In this document: one piece after another, positions 13,801 through 28,800 of the stretch | How positions within the stretch are numbered: the first letter of the stretch is position 1 | How the letters are laid out: every line of letters begins with the position of its first letter | Assembly (NCBI RefSeq): GCF_964355755.1 | Contig: NC_092672.1 | Location: 24,007,237-24,071,236, forward strand | Source of the DNA: Antedon mediterranea | Taxonomy: Eukaryota > Animalia > Echinodermata | Direction of reading: 5' to 3' | Length of the DNA: 64,000 bases | The notes under the pieces: model-generated | What the model was told of the DNA's origin: nothing | The model's database searches: none | What the model saw: the letters and a program-made list of their open reading frames with translations, nothing else | Translations under genes and position numbers: made by a program

Positions 13801-16800
13801 CCCATAACAATTTTCCTATGAATAAATAGATGGAATTATTCTTAGTTTATTGATTTGATTCAGACCAATTTCATACACATTTAGCAATATTTTTTTTCAT
13901 TTTTTAACTAATAATATGCATAGAAAATGTTTATTTTACAACTACAATACCTCATTAAGTAATTCATTTATTTACTTTTTTATGGCTTTAACTAGTTGAA
14001 TTCTCTCATGGTACCAATATAAAGTCTTAATCGGCAATACATTTCTATTGATCATACATTCTAATATGTTTCATAATTTTTTGGATTTTATTGTGTTACA
14101 ATAAAGGAAAAATAAACGGTGCGGGAAAAAACATTATCAGATGACTAAATATATGTAATATAACGTTTTAATACATTTCTGGTGTTTTTGTGCAACTTCA
14201 AATTTTTATTTTTGTGCTATAGTTTAGTAGTAAACTAAATTTATCTTCTCATTTCCACCATTTAAGACAGAATAGTCCAACTTCCCTTCCCCTGTAGTAG
14301 AGCACCGTATCAAGAATGTTAAATAACAGACAAGAGACATAAAATTGCTTGTCTACATACACTTTATTCACAGTACACATATGGCTGAATGCATATAACA
14401 ACATTACTATAAGCCCAACAACTGGGAAACCTTTAACATGTGGCTTACCTTTCCCTCGGTCATGCTTTTTAACAACCTACCTTAAACACCTGCGTTAGCG
14501 GCTAAGGTAACACCAACCCAGCGAATGCTACGCAATCCAAATAGATACTTATTGTACCCACATCTTCGTAAAATATCCTTAAACAGCACGGCAGCGTGAA
14601 TAGGACATCTGTCTAGCATGTGGCTACTAGTTGATTTCACTGACTAAATAGTGCTAATGTGGTTCCATGCCTTCTACTCTCTATATCAGCATGTATAAAG
14701 ACCCAGGTATCTGTGTCCAACAATAATGTCCAACCACCAATAGTTCTTGATAGTTCAAACACTGAATTATTTAATATTTTAAATAAACTAAAATTTACAC
14801 TATGTAGTATTTTTGTAAAAAAATTAATAAAATATGCACTAAATGTTGATTTTCCTTTTACCCAAACCTTGTATTATTTTAGGTAAATACAGAATTTCAT
14901 TTACAGTATTGTGGTACAAAACTATGGAACCAAGACCTTCTGTTTCTGAATTATTTCTTGTAACGTTAAATCTTTGATTAGTTTTACACCTTTTCACCTT
15001 CTGTCAATTATTTAAGAATTACTGACATTCAGTGATTGAAGTTTCTCCTTCATCTAATGTTCAAGCAGTATTGTTATAATGTTTTTTTATTTAGAATTGT
15101 CCTATAATTTCACACATAAATTAATTATTCCCTGAGATTTGAAATCAAAATAAAATGTACATTGACTTATTTAATAATTGCCCTGATTTAATGCACAACT
15201 ATTAATTTAGATTGTATAGGCTTTTTCTTTTTATCCAAATGTACATATGAAAAACATAAGCACTCATTTCGAGGGCTTGTGATGAGTTGAAAATCAAATA
15301 ACAATATTATCAAGTTAAAGTTCAAAAATTTTTTTTTTGTAATGGTCAAATGAATACAAAACAGAAAATATATTTAGGTTACATTAATTTCTTTAAAAAG
15401 TAGCATGAAAACATAAAATAAAATACATGAATAAAGGAAATAACTATACAGGAACCAAAACTTAAAATAAATAAATAAAATCAACAGAAATATAGACAAT
15501 AGCATATTATTTTATCAGAAAAGTAGTTGGAGAGATAATGATTTTCAATTATTATACAAAAGTCTTTCTGATTAGAAACAAGGGTTGAATCAAGACAATT
15601 CCACCTATATTTGGGGTAAAACATTATTTTTTGTTTAAAATAATTGCCAAACTCTGCAATCATCCAAAAAACATAGCAAACCTCATTTAACTAACATAAA
15701 AGTGATTGAATTAGTGTACAACTCACTTGGTTTGTCAATTAACAAATTTAAATATATTTTTGTTAAATACTTAATTTTGTGGTTAAGCATCATTTTTTCG
15801 TTTAAAAACAATATTGATAAACCTTCACCGCCCCAAACAATGTTACAGTAATGTATAAGTAAAACATTTTATTTAAATTTCTTCAGAATACTAATATATT
15901 TAGATATTTTATTTGAGAAAAATTTTTGCCAGCCAATAATCTAATTAAAAGACCAAGGAATGATACTTCACTTTTTCAATTAATTTTCCATTAAAAAAAT
16001 ATAACAATTGTTGTGTCCTGTAAGTTCACTAATACAATTAGTTTTAGTCGTATTAATTAATTATTAGTTTGTAGTGAACAATTTACTAACTTACTTAAAA
16101 TGGACCTGAAATGGATTTTCGATTTTTTTCATTTTAGAATGATGTTTTGGGGGCTATTAGGTGTTGCTAGAATGTATATTGTTACAAAATATAAATTCGC
16201 CCTTTTGGGGAAAGCCCCATTTGAAAATAAAAAAAATTCGCGGGTGACGTCACTTTGCGAATATATTCCTATCTCTCCAATGGACAATTTGCAGTTTTTT
16301 GGCTATAACTCTTGAAATCTATGGAGTATTTTCTAAAAAATGCTTGTGCTTTTGCAAAAACGTATTTATAATTTTTTTTTAGATAAAATTATTACCGTAT
16401 AAACGGTTAGTCGTCGAGTAAATGACGATTTAAAATCTCCAAATCAACGGTTTTTTCTGGCAATACCGACGTTAGCCTGGCAACGTTGTCCGGGATACAG
16501 CGCCGTGTGCAATGATGCGTATCCATATTTTTCCGTTCGTGTACTGTATTTTGTATTCGTTTGTAATTTATACTGCTAAAATGTGTTAGTTTCTTTAGTT
16601 TTTAGTTTAGCAGAATTAAATTAGTAATATTATTTGTCACGAATCAGGCAGTTCGAAAACGAATTTGATTCATATTTTACTTTGGCTTGACAATGAGCAG
16701 CAAGTTGTTGATATCGCTTTGGATGCACATGAAACGTGGGTGGTGGATCGACTCCGCGCGCTGGGCACCGCCTAGCCTAGGCCTAGTATTAGTAAAGGTC

Positions 16801-19800
16801 TGGGAGGTAGGCCTAGGCCTTCTAAATTCGGGTTTTAGAACAAACAAAGTACATTTTAGGGCACTATATTTCAACAACATTATATATCTATATATAAATT
16901 TACGTAAGGGCAAAATTCGGTAAATCTCGGTTTATTTCTAGAATTTCTACTCGATGGTATATAAAGTTGGTTCATACTTTCGGTACTGATTTTAACCATC
17001 TGATGTAACCCTGTTTACTAATTAAATTGAGTTAGGTAATTAGTTATTGAAGATTAAAACGAATTTAGGTTCAACGATTTGCCCCAAATAGGGGTGTTTT
17101 CCGATCGTGGTATACACTGTCTAATGGATGTCCATCTTGAAAAATACCCGCCACAAAAATTCGAGGAGGCTTCGCATTTTCCTATCTCCTCCTACGATAA
17201 TTGTTTTTAATAGCTGAAAACTGGTTGAACAGCTAGAGTACAGCATCATAATGTTGAAGACAGGCCGATTTTCGTAAAAAAATACTATTTTGATAGATTT
17301 AATATACGATTATACAAATGTATTGATTTGCGATGAATGGAACATTCCAATCTCTGTGTCGTTCCACAAGTGTCTATTCCCTCAGGCGTCGTAAAGGAAA
17401 GTACTCTATACTCATAACAGAAATTGGATCCATTTTTTTTCAATCTGTGCTGCAGAGGTTGGATATAAATTTTTTTAGACGGATAATGGTTTCAGTCGCC
17501 GTATAGTATGTACAAATCTTTATTATTGCAGTTAAACCACCCATATCATCACCCTTCCCTCTCACTGGCATGAGTAGCGTTGTAAAGACATAGTAGTACG
17601 GGGCGCCGTATGGGACATTGCTAATTTTGTCGAAATATTACAATTTTGTCTACACATAATTAATTTTGTCAATACAAAATTCATTTTGTTCAACACAAAA
17701 TTCATTTTGTGTTGACAAAATTTATTCTGTGTGGACAAAATTAATTTTGTCTTGACAAACTTCATTTTGTCTAGACAAAATTAATTCTGTGTAGACAAAT
17801 TTAATTCTGTGTGGACAAAATTCATTTTGTGGCGACAAAATGTATTCTGTGTAGACAAAAATTATTCTGTGTAGACAAAATTCATTCTGTGTAGACAAAA
17901 TTCATTCTGTGTAGACAAAATTCATTTCAGTCTAATATGGAACTTGAATACTTTGCATCGAGTATAAGTACAGTTTATACTGATGTATAACACGTAGCCC
18001 TATATGCCTACCAATTTTGGTAATAAATATTAAAGATGGTTGAAGATTTATATCGATACCGATAATATTGATTAAGAAAATGACAACACTATTTACGATA
18101 ACATCTGATAAGTTGAGTAGTAATGAAATGATTTTAGTTAATACATTTATTTTAATATAATAGTTAGTATAGGCCTATTTATTCTCATGGGAATTGCGTC
18201 GTCTATAGGCCTACCAAGTTTATTTGATAGGAATACTAAATTGCTAATAGGCCTAACTCAAGGGAACAAAACTATGAAATATCTCTTAACACGTTCACTG
18301 CCACGGCGTATTTATACGTCAAAAATTGCATGTCGCTACTTGCCAAGACGTAATACTACGTCAAAATCGTAGCACTTTTGTATTGTATGTAGAATCGCTG
18401 GCAGTGGTGATTGGAACAGGAATTATCGCATGGCAGTTTATGAATGATGTACGTAAACGATAATCTAAAAAGAAATGTCATATGTTTAATTGTGTTTATT
18501 CCCTCATGCATTGAATATGGTTGATACGATGGCGCCCTCACACTCAATATAATCATCTCAAACATGTCATAAATTGCGCTAATAGTAAATAAAAATAATA
18601 AAGGATGAAATGATTCAGTGTGGTTTACTGTTTTTATCTCTCGATGATAGGGTGGGTCAGAGGATGGGGGTCAGATATTGACCCCAGCTTGTGACCAGAT
18701 GTTACACTTTCAAACTGTAATTTAATATGTAAACGGGACTTGGCACTGGGACAGAAATTACGGAAAATGCCTTGGCAGTCAATGTGTTAAGACATATATT
18801 AATTGTCTCTAATTGAAATAATAGAGATATCTTTATTGAAAAGATATCTTGGTTATAAACAGGGATATATCTCTATTGGAACCTAAGAGCTATGTAAACT
18901 AACTACATCTATTAAAATCTAAGATATTTTAGTTGCCTAAATAAATGACAGTTTGGTACGCCATAGATTATGATATTGCAAATTGTCGTTAAAAAGTTAA
19001 ATTAAATTTTACTCTCGGTAGCATATTATTATATATTTACACCCTCGAAAGATATAATTCAACTTTGACCAAATAGTTATATGGATGTTCACACAACTGA
19101 CATATGGCGCCTCTCAAGTATCCATTCCCATGGCAATGTATATAATCTTTCCACCTTCTCCATGATTGATTTTATTTATTATACATTGCTAATTGCAAAT
19201 AATTGTTTATAAGTTTACATTGTTCTTTGTACTTTTAATGTACGTATTCAGTCTTTGGCTGGCTTGATAAGATTGATGTTAAATAAAAATGCATTTCCAC
19301 TAATAAAATATGGAGTTGTATCGAGAGAGTATCGTGATTTCGGGCAGAATGGTTCTCGGTCTGGAAAGGTCATTATTACACTGTCTGGGGTGTTGATATT
19401 TATACATCGAATGTTTTATGGGCAATCAGTCCTGTAACCTAGCCAACGTAGGCTACCTGGCCTACTTACTACTGTAGGTTAAAGGTTATTAGGTTTCGCA
19501 GGGTGGATGACTGTTATATAAAACTAACGTGAGCAATCTTTTGTAGTCAGTTCTTTAAATGTTTTTTTTTTTCAAATAACGGACAGCTTTCAGCATCATT
19601 ATTTCTGCAATGACTATTATTATCTTAAAGATATATTGTCCCCTGAAAAAATATTTTTTTAAATCTTTTTGTTGAATATGTTATTTTAATGTCACATAAT
19701 AGTTATTCACTTTCACAAAAAATTAGGTCTGAAAAAAAATTATTTACCTGAAAAAAATGTAATTTAAAGCAAAAAATGGTCAAATTGTCTGGAAGCCAAT

Positions 19801-22800
19801 GAGTTTTTGGGTAATTTAACTGTTTATTTTGTCTTTTTATAGGTGAAATAATTTTTCCCCGTTCTTTTTTCTTATGGAAGTGAACAACTTCATTAAAACT
19901 GCATAATGGCCTATTCAAAGTCTGATTTTAAAAATCTTTATTTTTCATGATTTTGGGAGACAATACATCTTTAATTTTAAAATAAAGTATATACATTTTA
20001 TAAGAATAATAAATAATATTTTAAACGACAAAATTTTAAATAGCCCCATTACTACAATTTTACAGGGCTCTATAAAAACCATTTTCCGATTTTTTAATAT
20101 AGAATACATTATGATAATAATTATTACTGACGACGTAGATATTAAATTGTCAAAGTATGAATACTGATCATATCTGATATTTTCAGGGGTCCCTGATATT
20201 ATAAAATATATTAATATGATAGCAATAGAGACGGAGGCATGCTCAGCCATAATAACTGAACCAATAACAAATGTCAAAGATTCGCGCGCTGTCATCATTT
20301 ATAGCTTCACCCTGTCTTGCCCTTTTCACGTTTAAACTCCGCCTTCTAATTTAAATGTTAAAACCGAGCCTACTCAAGCGTGGGACAAAATGTTTTAAAA
20401 AACGTTTTGTTCCACGCTTGAGTAGGCTAGGCTAACAAAATTCATTTTGTCGCGACAAAATGAATTTTTTCTACACAGAATGAATTTTGTCTACACAGAA
20501 TAAATTTTGTCTACACAGAATAAATTTTGTCTACACAGAATACATTTTGTCGCCACAAAATGAATTTTGTCTACACAGAATTTTCGTTACAGAATGAATT
20601 TTGTCGCCACAAAATGATTTTTGTTGTTACAGAATGAATTTTGTCTACACAAAATTAATTTTGTCAACACAGAATTAATTTTGCCTACTAATTCAGTTGA
20701 GTTAGATAATTTAATATTTATTGACGATTAAATCGACTTTATGATTTTCCCCGAATAGAGGTGGTTTTCACAAATTGTTTTACATTATATAAACATACAC
20801 GTCGTAGTGATGTATCGTTACATGTACTGCTATTTCAATCTACTAGGACAGTGATACTGATAGTTTCAACAAAGTATTACATCGCAATGTTTTACTGTGT
20901 TTAGTGGTATATTATTTTTAAAACATGAAAACAATTATTATTTTGTTACTAAATGGATAAAGAATATATTTAAAAATTGTTCCTCTTTGCACCCATCCTC
21001 TTCCCCATCCCTCAACCCTAATGTTACATTATTATTTCAAAACACAAATTAAGTTTGTTTAAATTTGACTTAAACAATTGGTCTCATTTTTTGACAAGTT
21101 TCTCTTTCGGAAGTAATTCCCAGGGTGCTAATTTTTGTTGAGTACATAAATCAGTGTCTATGTATTCGTTCCTGTGTAAACGACATGTATTATTGTACGT
21201 ACAATTGAAATCGTCAGTTTTTTAACACTGAAATTATTATGTATTCGAGAACCATCTGTGGGCACGACCTAGATGGTACGCGAGCGAAGCGAGCGTACCA
21301 TCTAGTTGAATAAATTAGTATTAGTGTCAACGCTTCGCGTATCTTTCCAGGCCGTCGATCATTCACGGACTATCGGGCGGCATACACGCTCTCGATCGAT
21401 ATCGCCGTGTGTATATGTGACGTCGTGAATATAGATACTCCCGACGGCCGTTGAAATAAAATATTGCAATGGCGTGAGTAACTTTCGCTATTTTACCAAG
21501 GTATCTTAAAATTTAGTTTTTCTCAAAAAATACTATACATTTTGTTTTTATTTGTATGGGCTTGTGTTAATTTGATAAATTTAAATAACATGTGTGAATT
21601 TCTTGAAAATCGAAATTCCATTTCAGGTCCATTTTAACTTTAAATTTAAAAAGTTTAACAAGACAATATTGTTATTAAAATGTAAAGTTGTATTATCTGC
21701 ATAAAAAATTTGAAAGATTTACTAATTATTAATTTGAAATAATGATTACGATCTGTAAAATATCTTTTAAACCAATCTAAGAAAATACCATAACGAAACA
21801 ACTTGAAAATATCATGGTTAACAACATCAACAGTTTTTGATAAATCTAGAAAAGTACTTTCAAATGCAGTATTAACCGAATTAGTGAGTTCAAGAAAAGC
21901 ATGAAAAGTGGTATTGTATGCATACATTTTTTATTATTTTTTTGAAAAAATGGGTAAAAATAAGATTGGTATAAAAGTATCCGTTTTTAAATACAGGATT
22001 TACATTTAATATGATTAGGTACAGAACCCATCATGAATGATTAATTAATGGCGTATGTGAGATGGCTTATAATTAATGGAGCAACCTTTTTAAGAATCAT
22101 GCTCTGAACCTTTACTAGAATTCAAATTATTAATTATATTAAGCACTTCTGTTTCAGATATAAATGAGAGGCTATATGGGAGGTGGTAATTAACAGATTA
22201 GGTCTTTGCCATTTTAGAATATAGAATTACAGAGTTTTACAAATGTGGCTATACTTTTTATATCTTGAAATATTTGAACTTTTATGAATTTTTAAAAGTT
22301 TATGCTAATGTTTACTAAATTTATTTAGGTGGGGTGTGTAGTGGGTGTCACCAATAGTTGTTTTAGTGTTTTGGGTTTTTTTTAACTTCAAAAAGTATAT
22401 AAAAAAATGTATCCAACATTAGGATTAACTGTACAGTTTAGACGAATCAGTTTGAGAAAGATCAAAGCAAAATGCACCTATATCTGTAATTCAGTATCAA
22501 TGGTCAAGAACGTCAACCTTATTGAAAGTTAATCATAATCAATTATTTTTGAAATAGGTAAATGATCAGAGATGTCTGAATTGTAATACCTGATAAAATA
22601 TCAAAATTTGTAGGCCTATAGAGTATCATGGTGTGACGTCACAATGATAGAGGGCGCTGCATGGTTGCTAGCCAAACAAAAAATGCGTTCAACGGTACTA
22701 TGTTGATAAACTGTAAAGATTTGTATTTTCTAATATTTTTGAAATAGGTAAATGATCAGAGATGTCTGAATTGTAATACCCAATAAAATATCAAAATTGG

Positions 22801-25800
22801 TAGGCTGGTAGTGTAAAAATAATCAATAAGTTCTGCATTTTTTTTTTGTAATTGTCATCAGTCGTAGGGAAAAACGTACAATAGTTGATAAGATGATATA
22901 AAATAATTAATAATTATGCTTATTAAATTTGATTAAAACAATAGTAAATTCTACCACAATATTACAAAATCTTCATGATTTAAATCTTGAAAACAATTAA
23001 TTTATAATAACAGCAAAATGTTCCGTGTTATTGTTGAATTGTAAATAAAGCCAATTATAGTTTGTTTTATTGATTTATAAAAAGCGAATCACATATAGTT
23101 CTTTTTTCAATAATAACTGATAATATTTTGTAATAAAAAAAAAACAGTAATTGTGTTCTGGAATGTTCGTAACATTTTTATTTAAATACATTATGCGTAT
23201 GACAAAGATATGGTGATTTGTTTTTTGATTTCTGAATCAAATAAATATTATGCAGAGCTATTTAAGTATGTCTTCACTCAGAGATGTCCATACTGTTCTA
23301 CTACTACTAGTACTTCAATTTTACTGTAAAATAAGAATTTGAGTTCTCTACACTAAAGGTTATTATTCACATAAGACAGTATGTAATAGTGATACGTAAG
23401 AGGCATTTAATAAGAAATCATAATCACCAGAAATAGAAAATTAAACTTTTTCTGTACCACAATAAAAACTGTTCAATACAATTTAAAAGATTTAATATTC
23501 CTGGAGTATTATCACAAATAGATAATCATTTAAATTTGAAGCATTCAAAATACAGTAGGAGGGTTTGTTTATAATTTTATAATTTTATTACTTGATGGGT
23601 AGGCACCCAAAAAAATTATATGACAATTTTGTGTATGTATGCTAAAAATGCCTTAGTAAACATGTAAACTCACATGTTGTATACAAATACTATTGGGCTA
23701 CTGGTTCAAATTTTGGTTTATATCTAGTAAGACTAAATAATACAACTAGATTTAATTCGTCACTATGACGAATTATAGGTTATATGCATTGATAATTAAA
23801 ATAAAGATAATTTATTTTTAAAAGATATTTTGATTCATTGATTTTCTCAGATTCTTTAAATAATATATAATATATGATAGGACCTTGCTAACGCGAATAC
23901 AATAGCCGGTATCACAATCCGATCAAAGATCCCTCTGCGTATAATGTCATAAACCACATTTGCTGTTACATAATAATAAAGACATAAGTTATTTTTTATC
24001 TAGATTTCATTATAAATCATGTGTATAATATATACACTAAGAAATAAATTTGAACAAACAATACGGATAATAAAAAAAAAATTTTATTTCGTTTCCCAAG
24101 GTGAGACTCGATCTCGGTACCTTGAGTGCCATAGACACGAGCACACACCACCGAGCCATACACAACTGACTAAAAATTGTAGAAAAATTCCTCCGTGTAT
24201 TTACTATGCAGTAACCACTTTGGTGCAGATAGATTATTACATACCGCAATGAATTATAATTTTTTACTATGATGACATCTTTAAAAATGTACAAAAATGA
24301 TGCACTGTCAAACTATATACTTTTAACTTTAATATATGAACTTTTGAAGGAAGAAAGTTAATGTTAAGTTTGTTATTTTGGCCTAAGAAAATGTCATAAT
24401 TTGTTTGATTGTCGAAATGAATTTTTTTAAATTTAATATGCAATTAATTATGGCTTAATCAACTTTTGTTCCCTTAGTTTAATAATAAATCATACATAAG
24501 ATACATACACTTCAAGAAAATGAAATAAAAAATATGTGTTCCCGAGCATTCTGACGATCTATATTAATTTTAAAATTTAGCATATTTTCACCATTTTGTT
24601 AACTTACACGTGCGTAGCCTGTCACTTTTGACGTGCTCGTATAAGGCAATTACGCGTTGAAAAGTGAATAAAATATGATGATATTATTAAAGAAAGGTTG
24701 TACAACCGAAATCGGACAAAAAGAGTGCGCATTAACGTATAACGCGCAGTGCGCGTGCAAAAATCTGCGCAATCATGGCAATTTTTTAAACGCTTAAAAT
24801 TGCCTGAAACGTACTCTAATTTCATCGAAAATAAATTTTGACAATTTTGAACATTTTAAGCGCGCGTACGCAAGCGTTATATGCGCTACGCACGTAATTG
24901 TATTGCCATATGATGAAATATGACCTGAAATTTATGAGTACCAAATTTTGTTTAATTGTGATTCATGCTTGTGAAGATATGATTACAAACGTGATTTCGT
25001 AAAATCGCGCGTAGACCGCGTAATTTTTGATTACGCATCGTGAAAATATAACCACATCGATTCCTGGCCATAAGGAATATACTCTGAAAAATTGACTTAG
25101 ATAGATGAAACTGATATCAAGATAATTCACGGACAAAATAGTGCTAAGGAAAGAATAAATAAATAAAGATTTTGACAGAATCAAGAGGTTATATGCATGA
25201 TAATGCATATAACCTAATTAATGTGCATTACTAGAGTAAGCTAAGCTACAGTAGTGGCATGTTTTGAAATTAAAATGACCATTTTGATTAACTGACATAT
25301 AAATGATGAAAGTGAAACTATTGTTTAATATTAATAGTGACTATGTGTGTATTCTATGTTATGATTTTCTAAAAACCAAGTGATGGTTACCTCACCAATA
25401 GAGGTAGCCTAGGCCTCTAGCCTTATAATACATAGCAGACAATATTTTTGTGATGAGAATAAATAAAATACTTTTTGTCTTTTTCTGTTTGGACATTTGG
25501 TTTAATCATAAATACATTTATAGTTCTGACTACATTACTGTAGGTGTCCTGTAAATCATTTTGTTTTTTCCTGTTACTTAGACATTTTTTCATTCATACT
25601 TCAAATTATGTCACTGTAGTAAAAGAATTGTCATGAAAGCATGTATTGTCATCCAACATGGAAATATTGCTGTTTTTGGACATGACATCATACCTCAGGT
25701 TTTCATAGCCATACAGTAAAGACTCTCCTAATATTAACCATGATTTGTATGGTTTCCTAATATCTGACATACTAATGTTGAATGTTGCACCATCTGGTAA

Positions 25801-28800
25801 ACAATCACAATCTCTATACTCAAATGTTTCTTTAATATTTTTGAGCTGGGTCTTTAGGCTTTTACTGTTTTTAATACTGTATTGGTGTTATGTGTGTCTG
25901 TTATTTTAACTCTAAGCTTTTAACTGTTTATGATAATATTAATAAACTCCAACAGTGTATTTTCGTTTTTAAACATGTCACTAACAAAAAACCAAACTTC
26001 TTAAATTTTCTTAATGAACTCAGACTGTTACAATGCTAGGGCCTCACACAATTTTTTACATTTATTGTACCTTTCTTGCCTACCACAAGTGTCAATTGGA
26101 GTAATCCAATTGATGTGTAACTTATAGTGCTCCAGCCTCTTCTTTTTAGCATTTAAACAAAATTTCATATGTTTATTTTTTTAAGCAGACGTATATTTAT
26201 TATTAGGTTATATGCATGATATGCATATAACCTCTTGATTCTGTCAGAATCTTTATTTATTTATTTATTTATTGGTTATCCGCCTCAAGCGGATAACCTT
26301 TGTTATTGTAGTGTTACTTTTTTTTTTTATTATTCTTCTTTCTTTCTCAGATTTTGTGTACGCGTTTTCTCTTGAACGTGTTAACATAACATTTTGTAAC
26401 TTGGTCAACATATAGACAATTAACTGAAGATGTACTGCGAAGCTTTTTGACAATGTCAGATCCGCGTAGCGTAAGTTACGCGCGATTTTCTGAAAATCTT
26501 AAATCGGTCATAACTTCGAAACCGATAAATATTTTTTAACGAAATTTTCAGCCACGTTTTCTTCACATCAATGGCTAACTTTTTCGCTCTTCAGCAAATT
26601 TTTGAACACTAGAAAGTCTGCGCGTAAACTGCGTTTGAAATTTTAAAATGCTCCTAATTTGTGCACGCTGTTTCTCTGTAACGCGTTAACATAACATTTT
26701 GTAACTTGTTCAACATATAGACATTTTACTGAAGTTGTCCAGCCAAGCTTTTTGACGATGTCAGAGCCGCGTAGCGTAAGTTACGCGTGATTTTCTGAAA
26801 ATCTTAAATTGGTTATAACTTCGAAACAAATGAATATTTTTTAACGTCATTTTCAGCCACGTTTGCTTCACATCAATAGTTAACTTTTTTAACGCTATCG
26901 CAATTTGTAACATTAGAAAGTGCGCGCGTAAATGGCGTTTGAAATTTTAAAATGCTTCAAATCAATTTCTGATTAAATTAGAGCACGATTCAGGTCATTT
27001 TAAGCGTTTAAAAAATTGCCACTGGTGCGCACATTTTTACGCGCGCACGGCGCAGGGAACAGGTATGAGCATTTCTTTTACACGATTTGTGTTTTTAAAT
27101 CTTCTGTTAACAATTTTACGTTATTTTATTCACTTTTCAACTTGAAATGGCGTTCTACGAGCACGTTAAACATGACAGGTTGCGCACGAAAACGTCAACA
27201 AATTGTGAAAATGTTCCAAAATATGTCTACTTTTAAAAATGACACAGTTCATCAGAATGCAAGGTTACCCCCATTTTTTATTTTAATTTCTTGCAGTGTA
27301 TGAATCATAGGTCTGATTTATTATAGTGTTGAATGCTAAAACGTGTTTGATGGCTACATTATTTGCATATTAAATATAATTTTTGAAATATTTATCATCA
27401 AACAAACATAAACTTATTCAAAGAGCAAAACAATAAACATAACATTTATCTTTTTTCTTTACATGTTAATATATAAAACTTGAAAGTATGTACTTTCATA
27501 AAATATCAGCGTTTAAAATTTGTGAAGATTTCATCATAGTAAAATTTATGATTTAAGTTTGATATGTAATAATCAACTTGCATCGAGGGGGTTCACGACA
27601 TACCGAATGAACGAGGACTCTTTCTTCGGATTTTCGTCAGCAGGTGGTCATATGGCTCGATGTGTAATGCAACCGACTTTGGTATCAGAGGTACCGGGTT
27701 CGAGTCCCGTCACGGGAAAACAATTAATTAAAAGGGTTTAGTTGGTTATTACACTGAGAGGGCAGTTTTAATTTTGAATAGCCTACTTTTTTTGGAAAAG
27801 TCATAACTTGGAAGTACTTGAATACGCAAGATACGCTTTGTTGCTGGCGGATAACCAAACTCGTCCTCAAGTGACGAGTTTAAGTTCTAGTTTATTTATT
27901 TATTTATTCTTTCCTTAGCACTATTTGTCCGTCAATTATCTTGGCATCGGTTTTATCTATCTAAGTCAATTTTTCAGAGTATATTCCTTATGGCCAGGAA
28001 TCGATGTGGTTATGTTTTCACGGTGCGCAATCAAAAATTACGCGGTCTACGCGCGATTTAACGAAATCACGTTTGTAATCATATCTTCACAAACATGAAT
28101 CACTTTTAAACAAAATTTGGTACTCATAAATTTCAGGTCATATTTCATCATATGGCAATACAATTACGTGCGTAGCGCATATAACGCATGCGTACGCGCG
28201 CTTAAAATGTTGAAAATTGTCAGAATTTATTTTCGATGAAATTAGAGTACGTTTCAGGCAATTTTAAGCGTTTAAAAAATTGCCATGAGTGCGCAGATTT
28301 TTGCACGCGCACTGCGCGTCAAACGTTAATGCGCACTGTTTGTGTCTGATTACTGTTGTATAACCTTTCTTTAATAATATCATCATATTTTATTCACTTT
28401 TCATCGCGAAACAGCGTTATACGAGCACGTCAAAAGTGACGGGCTACGCACGTGTAAGTTAACAAAATGGTGAAAATATGCTAAATTTTAAAATTAATAT
28501 ATATCGTTAGAATGCTCGGGAACACCTATTTTTTATTTAATTTTCTTGAAGTGTATGTATCATATGTATGATTTATTATGAAATTAGAAGAACAAAAGTT
28601 GATTAAGTCATCATTAATGGCATATTAAATTCAACAAAATTAATTTCGACAATCAAACAAATTATAACATTTTCTTAGGCCAAAATAACAAACTTAACGT
28701 TAACTTTCTTCCTTAAGAAGTTCATATATTAAAGTTAAAAGTATATAGTTTGACAGTGCATCATTTTTTTTAATTTTTAAAGATGTCATCATAGTAAAAC

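Larger units (their letters stand above)
16887..21305 (+). mobile_element. Non-autonomous Helitron, complete
   Basis: Inserted between A and T with no TSD (empty site near 8848); starts TC, ends CTAG; 3' hairpin ctagatggtacgc...gcgtaccatctag. Confidence 0.88.
16099..21633. mobile_element. TTAA-specific DNA transposon, copy 2, carrying a nested Helitron
   Basis: Same TIRs and TTAA TSD as 8042-12319; collinear with it apart from insertions. Confidence 0.85.

Noticed and set aside
19945-20298. Hydrophobic 117-aa ORF (also 61777-61980)
   Set aside because: AT-rich element interior; truncated by a stop in the second copy; no recognisable motif.
22546-22805. About 70-bp direct repeat pair as LTRs
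   Set aside because: Too short and close, with no TG...CA ends, primer-binding site or TSD.
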